From: Octopus vulgaris
Taxonomy: Eukaryota
NCBI GenBank assembly: GCA_951406725.2
Contig: OX597816.1
Coordinates: 119,164,001 to 119,228,000, forward strand
DNA: 64,000 nucleotides
Reading direction: 5' to 3'
Part shown: positions 54,641 to 64,000 of the stretch, piece after piece
Position numbering within the stretch: the first letter of the stretch is position 1
How the letters are laid out: each line of letters opens with the position of its first letter
The notes under the pieces: generated by a model
The model's database searches: none
Told to the model about the DNA's origin: nothing
What the model saw: only the letters and a program-made list of their open reading frames with translations
Translations under genes and position numbers: made by a program

Positions 54641-55969
54641 ATTTACTCCACGACAAACTAAACCTAAACTTAAACCTTCTCCTATTAATATCAGCTTTGC
54701 TTTTACCTTTACAAGTGATTAATGCTTTCCGGCTTTTTATACAAGTTACAATTTACGGAATCTCACTCAGCACGCTCGAATTTTTCCGCGCGATTCACAT
54801 TTGATTATTTTGTACTTTAGGCACAAGGTTACAGATTTTCGAAGCGGTTAATGATTGGTACTTGATTTAATCGATCTCAGAAGGACGAAAAGTGAATTTT
54901 AACTCAGAGCATAACGGCAGGATTTTAACTCAGAGTGTATCGTTAAAAGCCAAAATAAATAATTTATCTGACGTTTTAACAATTCTGCCAATCGACTACC
55001 CTAAACCGAACACAAATTACCTAAACCATAAATGTATTCTACCCTTTTTTTTATAAGTCTAAGTCCATTCGCTACGGGAGACAAGGTTGGACAATTGTCA
55101 TGCTGATGATGCGTATTGAAGCAGAAACATATCTTTCGAATTTCTAGAGAAAAATGCTTTTCTTTTTCCTAAGCGACATGTAAGTTTCGAAGACCTCTTG
55201 ACTCTTGAGATGATTTCCCCTTCTGAAGAGGAGCTGGTCTTAATTGCTATTTGGTTATTATGATGCATCCTCTTGAGACGGAGATAATTTTGATAAATCA
55301 AGAATAAGGTATTTGATATAAGCTGTATTTGTCTATGTCGTTCATGTATGAGCCTCTGAATACTTCGAGTATTCTTTTGGATCATTTTTGCGTAAATTAG
55401 ATTATAACAAACTAGTTTTTGTAACTGTAATTAGCTTTTTATTGTTCACTACATTGAATATGTTAACATTTTCTTAACTCTTGTTTTCAGGCAGACAGTG
55501 TTTGTGAATTATTTTACACTCGAGCAATTATGTTTTTATACACCAGCCAATAAGTCATCTGATATTTTAGGTCAATGTTTCTTTCGTCATTACTTAGGAA
55601 AGTGTAAGACCTATTAATACTTAGTGAGGTCAAAGTTAAACCGAAATAAGCCTGGTTTATCGCCTATATATGCCCAGAAAATGAAAATGGCATTTGGTCA
55701 GTGACTAGTATTGTTTTTAACTTCTAATATTGTTTTACAGGATTATGTATAGTTACCCTTTTAATAACTATGTCTTGTTGCCTTTTTGATACTCACGGCA
55801 TTAAATATATTTATAATAATTAAGTAATCGCCTACTTGGTTACTGGAGGATACTTGGAATAATTTGTATTGAAAAAAGCATGGCAATGGCTAAACAGTCT
55901 TCACCCAGAGATTTTACACCAAAAAGAAACAACAAAGAAATTATTTGATAAAGTGACAATTTAACACAT

Positions 55970-56002
<33 letters not shown>

Positions 56003-58020
56003 AGAGGAAAGAGTTGTTTCTCATCAAAATATAACGCTCACTCATAAGACAATCGACAACTGAGAAATAGTTTAAAATGTCTACAAATGCGTTGTTTGTT
56101 GAATCCTATCAACGTACATGAAGTACTAACACAATACATTATATTTTCGAGTTTAAGTAATGTATTTACTACAACTACCATCATTTGTTTTTGTTTCATC
56201 TCAGGCTGGCATTTGGTGCGTAAGTTATGTAGTTCTGTGTTCGAATGTTCATCTATCGGCAATATCTATTAAATCTTTTATGAAAAGATTACTGGAACTT
56301 ATCGTCTTCTAAATAGATATCTGTTGTTACGAAAAATTATTAAAATTTTTTCTTCTTTACAGAAGCGCTGGTCAGTGAATTAAATAAATTAAAACGTACA
56401 TGGTCTTGTTTTACGCCCGTTTCAATTAATGTTGGTAGTAAAACATAAATCACAAACTATTTCAATTGTTTAATTAAATACCTTTAGCTAACATTAACCG
56501 GCATTTTAGAAGTTAGACTGGTTGCTCAGTTCTTAATGTGGAATACAGCTACTGTTGGTACTGCATCCGCGACTGAACTTCTTTCTAGCTAAATCTAACA
56601 ATGGCATTCTAGCATGTAGTATGTGTTTTCCTCGGCTTCTCCTATCTTAATTACAACACTTTCAATGTATCTTAACTTACTACACATATGTCGTCTGCAC
56701 ATATCTTGTCTACATATGTTGTCTGCACCCGTAGAAATGGAAAGGAATGGGTACTCAGGAGGACGGCATTCCTCCCTTTTCAGTTAACGAGAAGTCTTAT
56801 ATATTCCACCCCAACCCACCACCATCACCACACCTTACATCTTATCTTTAGCCTCAGTGATCTTAGCGTACCTTAAAATCCATTTCGATCACTTCTCTTA
56901 AGTTGGCCTGATTGCCATGTCATGCTATTGCCACCTAAGTTCTGTTCAAATTATTCCTGATTTTATCCAATAAAGGGGATTTGTTAGCGTTTACTTCTGT
57001 TGTGCATTCTGTTGTGCATTCTGTCGTGAAGCTGACGAGGAATGATCAGAAGAAACCCATTTCATTTTTAGTATTTTCAATGGCGGGAAATTTGCTAAAA
57101 GTTTCTAAAAATACAGTTAAAAATACAGTTAAACCTTGATTATTCGAACAAGAGAGGTGGAGTGTATTTTTCGGATAACTTATTTTTGAGAGAACTGATC
57201 CGATTAAATTTGTAGTTGCTGTTGTTGTTGGGTGAAGTTGTTTGCTGTATTCGTCGAGTGGGCTTTCTTCTGGTTCTCCTTTATATTCGTGAACATCAAG
57301 TAGTTGATACTACCATATGTGTAATATCTAGGCCTTCTGCTTTCTACTATGACCTCCAATTGTGACTTATATGGCAATTAAATCGGGTCGACAAGTCTTT
57401 TCTTAGGTATCCCGTTTTACTTGAGTGAAGATCTCTTACTCCTCTCGGCCTAGTTTTCTTAATATCGAGCAAGATGTCCAGACTTTCTATGACCATCCAC
57501 CAAACGTTTAATTCTTATGGCGCACCTGATATTTTTGCTGACTAAGGTATGGTAATGTGTGTATGTGTGTAGCATCTCTATCCACCGGTTCTTAACGAAA
57601 AGACACGCCGGTACATAATAAATCTGTCAGTTCTTTCTGCCCATTGTAAAGGGACTACCAACTGAATTCTCCTACTCCATTTGTTGATGAGCTTCTCTGC
57701 TATACTCAAGTTCATGTTATTGTCTTTCGTCGAGGCTGGTTTATAGATATGCCAGTGTAGACATGGAGCAGCTATAAGGGATCTTATCCAGGTAACAAGA
57801 TAGAAATTTTATTCAGTCAGCGTATAATGCTAGTGTAAGATGGCCCCTGTTCAAAATATTCGACTGCATAGGCCATAAAATTGCGCGGCAGAAAATGCAA
57901 TATTCAGCCAAAATAAACAGCAGTTGAAACAAGGAAGGTGGTGAGCGGTTGCACAAAGTGCAAATCATCCAGCTTGTCCCCTCCCCCGAAACTGCTGACC
58001 TTGTGCCAAAATTAGAAAGG

Positions 58021-58080
<60 letters not shown>

Positions 58081-58081
58081 G

Positions 58082-58149
<68 letters not shown>

Positions 58150-58175
58150 GGTATTGTTATTATTATTATTATTAA

Positions 58176-58215
<40 letters not shown>

Positions 58216-58218
58216 ATA

Positions 58219-58303
<85 letters not shown>

Positions 58304-58512
58304 GTAAAGGTGGCGAGCTGGCTGAACCGTTAACGCGCCGGAATGAAATGCTTAACGGTATTTCGCCCGTCTTTACGTTCTGAGTTCAAATTCCGCCGAA
58401 GTCGACTTTGCCTTCCGGGGTCGATAAATTAAGTACCAGTGAAACACTGCGGTCAATGTAATCGACTAGTCCCCTCCCACAAATTTCAGGCCTTGTACCT
58501 ATATTCGAAAAG
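58021..58512 (+). repeat. ~280-bp (ATT)n tract followed by SINE family A (58308-58512)
   Basis: Directly visible. Confidence 0.9.
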
Positions 58513-59337
58513 ATTATTATTATACGTTTGACTTTAGCTTCGTATTTTTACAAGTTGGCTCCAAGTCTCACCCAGAGATTTCAAGCGACAAGTTAGAAGT
58601 TCAAGTTGGTGTTATGGCTAGGGTGCCATAGTTTTGGTTTGCACAAAGTATTGTTCTAGAAAATGTCTGTCAAAACAAGCAAATTAGAAGTTTGTTTTAA
58701 AAGTAATTTGATTATAAGATGGTGATCTTAAGATGCAGTAAAAGGTATTTACTATCATGTACATTTAAAAGTACTTTTAACAGTTTGCAGATTAAAATCT
58801 GCAAACCGGGGATTATGTAGACTATATTTTTGGATTTTGATTTTTGGGATTATACAAACTATAATTTTCGTATGATACGAGCACTTCTCATAAGCACTAT
58901 TTTCGGAATTTCTTCCATTATTATTAATATAAAGAATTACCATGAAGTTGTAAAATTTTAGTTTCGCAAACAGACGTCTACTAAATCCAAAAGGACAAGG
59001 TTTTAGATGAAAGAAAAAGACCAAGGAAGAGATTCTACGCGATTTTCTGTTCGCACTAGGGTCGATTTAATCGACCAAGTACCCGACTTCTTCCAAAATT
59101 TCAGGCCTATAACAGAAAGACGTCGGGAAACACGGCAATCTCTGAAGGTTGATTTACATGCTTAAGAAAAGAAAATTATGATCTTTGCATAACTAAGGTC
59201 AATAGAGACCGTATTGGTCATTATTACCGACTTACCTGATACATAGAACAATCAGATGAGGTTAGCAACAACGGTAATAATAACAGTAGCTGCAGTATGT
59301 AGTAGTATGTATGTACTATGTAGTACTATGTACTATT

Positions 59338-59375
<38 letters not shown>

Positions 59376-59381
59376 TAGTAG

Positions 59382-59435
<54 letters not shown>

Positions 59436-59653
59436 TAGTAGTAGTACTAGTAGTAGTAGTAGCAGTAGTAGTAGTAGTAGTAGTAGTAGTAGGTTTGGAT
59501 ACATTTGGTTTTTCAGACTAATTGATATGGAGTGATCAAAACTCGTCAGCTTCTAATAAACTGACATAGTGCCTCTCTGTTTTTCTTCTTCTTCTTCTTC
59601 TTCTTCTTCTTCTTCTTCTTCTTCTTCTTCTTCTTCTTCTTTTTCTTCTTCTG

Positions 59654-59702
<49 letters not shown>

Positions 59703-60043
59703 AATAACCGCTGCTCTTTAAAGCTAACTACTTGCCTGTCACCTTCTTCAAGCCCACTGTTCCACTCTTCCTCTTGCCACCCAACCTGTGTCCCTCCAAC
59801 CCTTGACCCTATACACATCACTATACCGCAAATATTCCCCCTGCTTATGAAAAGGATACACCGTCCTCTTTTTACATTTCTTTTTGTCTCACAATCGATG
59901 GCTTGCAGATGATGAAACTGAACATCCACCACGTGTATTTCATCGGGTTATGGCTTCAGCTAGATATATAAGCGCAGTCATAAGAGTGTAATTAATAAGT
60001 TTTCTTCGCAATCATGTGGTTCCAGATATGACGCCATTATGTA

Positions 60044-61323
60044 CAGGGTGTCCTCAAAAGTGTATATACACTTTTTGTGGTACCCTGGTACTGCTGATAT
60101 CTTACTTAATTTTCTTTATTTTATTTTATTTTTTAGATTTAATACATTAGAAATAATGAAATGGAATAGATTAGATTTGATCAAGGGAAATTTGTCCCAA
60201 AGTGTTACTGGAAGTTTGAAAATGCAATCAAAGTTCAAAGATAGTTTAGGGGGAATTTCAAACATATCCACCACCTGCGCGACGTACTACCAATCGAATT
60301 AGAAATAAGATTGAAGCAGGCTAGCCTGTTCAGAATGTCCACAAGAAATGCTCGAGAAAACCACAGGCATCGACGATCCCCCAAAATCAAGAAAGGGTAC
60401 TAGGAACGTATTGACAGAGGCCAAGTACATTCGTGCAGCAAGCGAGTCGTGAGAATTTCAAAGCGAATTTCAAAGAATTTTGAAGTCAAGCGGCAATTGC
60501 ATTTTGAAGCACTGTCATTAGAAAAGCTACATTCCAAGAATGATCCATACTTCCAATGAAGATGATCTGAGTCTAAGAAAGAAGTTTTACGAGTGCTACT
60601 TGGCAAGATGTGTAGAAGATACACACTTTCCGACAAAGATTGTTTGGAGTGATAAGGCTACATTTAAGTTAAATGACTCAGTTAACCGCCACAATTGCAC
60701 TTACTGGGGAGCTGAGAATCTGCATATTACGTAGGAATATCAGTTCAATTTATTAGGAGTTGCAGTATAGAGCGGCTTATCATCAAAAGGATTAATTAGG
60801 CGATTCTTTTTTGACGGTACTTGAACTTGCTGCGATAATCTTCATGCCAAGCATTCAATAGAATTTTGAAGATGTGGAGTTTTACATCCAGTGAAATCGG
60901 GCAGCCCACACTACCATAACGATGTAAAGGCCAACCTTGATACTTTTAAACATATGGATTGGATGAAGAGATTCAGTGGAATACACACTGCGTTCAACGG
61001 AGCTCAGACTACTCGACTTTTTACTGGAATACTTAAAATATAAATTCAACGGTACAAAACTGGCAACAGCCGACAACGTCATTGGCAGCATGCAACGAGA
61101 CTGCACAGAAACGCGCAGCAAAATGTTTGTTGCCGCTTCCGATTCAAGTGCTTTGCTTTATCGGCAATTCGTGGACCAGAATACCTATCAGTGTAAAATA
61201 CGGCCTTCATAAAAATGAAATTCTGGATGTAGATTCTATTAAATTTTGAAAATGAAATATATTTTAATAAAGACTGACATTATCATAATTCAACATGTGC
61301 ACACATTTTTGAGGGACTCTCTA
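60044..61323 (+). mobile_element. Tc1/mariner transposon, DD41D-type, second full-length dead copy
   Basis: TA|CAGGGTGTCCTCAAAAGTGT...ACATTTTTGAGGGACTCTCTA|TA. Translated pieces [25 protein letters not shown] and RSTELRLLDFLLEYLK. Colinear with 13618-14887. Confidence 0.9.
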
Positions 61324-61426
61324 TACATAACTGTATATATATGCGCATGTGCGATTATATGGATATCAATATAACTATATGTACGCAAGTATAAATATAT
61401 ATATATATATATATACATACATACAT

Positions 61427-61457
<31 letters not shown>

Positions 61458-61970
61458 ATAATTTTTAATTCCATTTATTCCATTTCTCCGTTCATAATTT
61501 TAAGTGATGTCCGTTTTCTAGAGCGTGAATGTGGGTTGTATGTGTGTGTGTGTGGGAGTATGAATAAGTATTGTGTTGAAGTATTTAGCTATTTTATTTA
61601 TTTATAGTTGCCTAGACGTTTTTATGTGTATGTATAGGGATATATATATAGGTGTGTGATTTAGTGTATGTAGTTAGATATGGTTATATATAATTAGGTA
61701 TATGTGTATGGGTGTATATATAATTTATTATTATATTATTATTATATTTTTTGTTTTGTTTTATATTTTATATTTTATATTTTATATTTTATATTTTATA
61801 TTTAATTGTTGATAGGTTTATTTTAGTTTATATATTGTTTATATATTGATTATATATGGATTATATATAGGTTATATATGGATTATATATTTATATTTTT
61901 CATTCATACTTTAATTATTTTAAAATTATTATTTTTATATTTTAAAATATTGATATTTTAGATTGGAAGT

Positions 61971-62013
61971 CCACCTGAAGATTGTCGATCAAGACAAGAA
62001 ACAATTGTAGTGG
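61971..62013 (+). ncRNA. Minimal type-I hammerhead ribozyme within a probable Penelope-like terminal repeat (about 61470-62190)
   Basis: CCAC-CUGAAGA-UUGUC(GAUCAA)GACAA-GAA-AC(AAUU)GU-A-GUGG. All core nucleotides and three stems are present; predicted cleavage after A62009. Confidence 0.8.
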
Positions 62014-62183
62014 CGGTTTTTTTGACTATTTATTAAAATTTTATGTATTGATTAAGTCTTTCCTTGTTTGTTTTGCAAAATAGTGGTTTTGTCTCTAATA
62101 ATATTTTATAATATTTTACTATAAAATTGGATTTAATCCTAAATCTGATTTTTTCCTGTAAATTTGGATTTATTCCCTAATAT

Positions 62184-62274
<91 letters not shown>

Positions 62275-62421
62275 GTGTATATTAAATTCACTTCAACATT
62301 TAAATTTAATTTGTCAAAATATTTTCGTCGCTTTGCTGCAGCACGGAATTTTGTTAGTGAATATAAATGATTTAAATGATTTAACAACATCCCGAGAGTT
62401 CGTCAGTTTGTTTAATTTTCC

Positions 62422-62459
<38 letters not shown>

Positions 62460-62708
62460 CTAAACTTGGCTTTCGTCTTGATCTGTATGGCAATTCTACG
62501 AAAAGGTATCTTAGTTATAATTGCAAGGCATTTTATTGATACTTTTACTAACACACCCTAATTAATCTTAATTTCCATACGCAATGTTACTTTCAGTGAT
62601 TCGAGAATATTTGTAAGATGTTTTGGCCGCCGCAGACTGGAATTATTAGTTTTCCTGATATTTCGGCCGTTTCCTTACATCACTGTTTTCTAATACACAG
62701 TGTATATA

Positions 62709-62896
62709 CCGTATATTCTGGCATACAAGTTGATGTCGTATATTGTGTAGATATAAGCATTCTGCCACCCTGTTTTTCTCTTCCCCAATCCTGCTGCATT
62801 TCAAATTGAATCTTTGGTCCTCCAATGTTGTCTTTCTGTATAAGCTGGCTACAAATTTTGGTCTGAAAATTTCGTCTTGTATACTGGAAAATACAG
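62709..62896. mobile_element. pogo/Tc2-type MITE (188 bp)
   Basis: TA|CCGTATATTCTGGCATACAAG...CTTGTATACTGGAAAATACAG|TA. Confidence 0.75.
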
Positions 62897-62972
62897 TAAA
62901 CAATAACATTTTCCAGCGTCTTATTTTTTCGGTCAGCTGAGGAGGTATCACACGGCTATATAGTTAAGAATA

Positions 62973-63684
62973 TCTGGGTGCAAATAATTCATGAGCATTT
63001 CTTTTTTTCAAATTTAAAAATGCACGTAGAAATTAAATGCTTTGGTAAAATGTTTTATGTCATTTAAAAGAGAACTTTTGCTCCACAAGATAGTGTGTTT
63101 TGATTTTTCAATTTTATTGATTTTTGTGTATTTCTAGATCATTAAAATGGAATGTCAAGTGGACAAAACTGAGCATTTTCGACACCAGTTACTTTTTACA
63201 TTTAATCGAGGTGTTAAGGCTGCCGAAGCTGTTCGTAAGATTTGTGCTGTGTATGGAGAAGGAGCAATGCCTCAAAGTACCGCCAGCCGTTGATTTTCGC
63301 GCTTCAAAAATGGGAATTTTGACGTTAAGGACAGATTACATATCGGTCGATCAACCGAGTTCGATGAAGAACGATTGAATGAAATTCATCACGAAAATCG
63401 ACATCAGACGACTAGAGAATTGACGGAGCAGATAGACTGTGATAAAAAAACTGTGGTGAACCAACTTAACTCAATGGGCAAGGTTCAGAAACTCAGTGCT
63501 TGAGCGAAAACAACAAAAATCATCGCTCCACAATCGCTTCCACGAAATCGCTCAACACATGATTTCAAACAACGTTTTCTTTATCGCATTGTCACTAGCG
63601 ATGAAAAATGGCTCCTTTACGCCAATATGAAGCAGCGAAAAAAACGGCTCAGCTCCGAGAAACAAGCGACTCCGAGGAAAGCAA
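62973..63684 (+). mobile_element. Mariner (Mos1/Hsmar-type) 5' half, 3'-truncated
   Basis: ATG at 63147: MECQVDKTEHFRHQLLFTFNRGVKAAEAVRKICAVYGEGA..FKNGNFDVKD..TTRELTE..RIVTSDEKWLLY, with in-frame stops and the WVPH linker deleted. Confidence 0.9.
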
Positions 63685-64000
63685 GGCCTTCCTCCTCGAA
63701 AGACCTTGTTTCCTTTGTATCGTCTGTCTGGATGGTTTGCGTTCTTGTCCCATATTTTGTATATATATATATATATATATGTATGCTTGTATGTATATAT
63801 ACTCATATTGTGAGTTCTATTTTTCCTGTTTGAATCGTCAAACCTGTATATATACATTCATACAGTATGTGTGTATTGGTATATATGTATACGCAAACAC
63901 ACGTATATAACATTCACACACACATACATAAATATGTATATATATATAAACATATCTATATAATCCAGTAAATTCATGTTACTAATAGTTTCAAATTCTC

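Noticed and set aside
55098-55385. 95-aa minus-strand ORF
   Set aside because: No recognisable domain, only a faint resemblance to a LINE linker region in mixed frames.
57240-57800. Possible decayed R2/Hero-group retrotransposon (PCLHWHIY..LSIAEKLINKWSRR)
   Set aside because: The similarity is too weak to support without an HMM search.

Overview
AT-rich eukaryotic DNA saturated with microsatellites and transposable elements. The SINE families and the (TA)n/(TACA)n/(ATT)n density look like an Octopus (coleoid cephalopod) genome; this is an inference from recalled repeat consensus, not a database hit. I recognise no host protein-coding exon, rRNA, functional tRNA or CRISPR array, and almost all ORFs in the track are microsatellite artefacts. 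The window reads as intron or gene desert. It contains dozens of tRNA-derived SINEs (at least four families), decayed LINEs (RTE, CR1-like, L2/CR1-like), Penelope-like (PLE) RT and GIY-YIG remnants and terminal repeats, two full-length DD41D-type Tc1/mariner copies, two mariner fragments and several MITEs. Main findings: (1) a 1,376-bp non-autonomous Transib/RAG1-like transposon (22210-23585) with CAC...GTG termini, a CpG-decayed 5-bp TSD and a remnant of the RAG1-like C-terminus with a Cx2C...H knuckle, which the ORF track misses; (2) an intact minimal type-I hammerhead ribozyme (61971-62013) plus several variant hammerhead-like cores in PLE-like repeats; (3) an unclassified ~2-kb element bounded by 83-bp, 93%-identical inverted repeats with no TSD (8058-10089); (4) several long hairpins and a CpG-rich promoter-like island near 42.5-42.8 kb. 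All alignments were made by eye, so coordinates of decayed elements are approximate.
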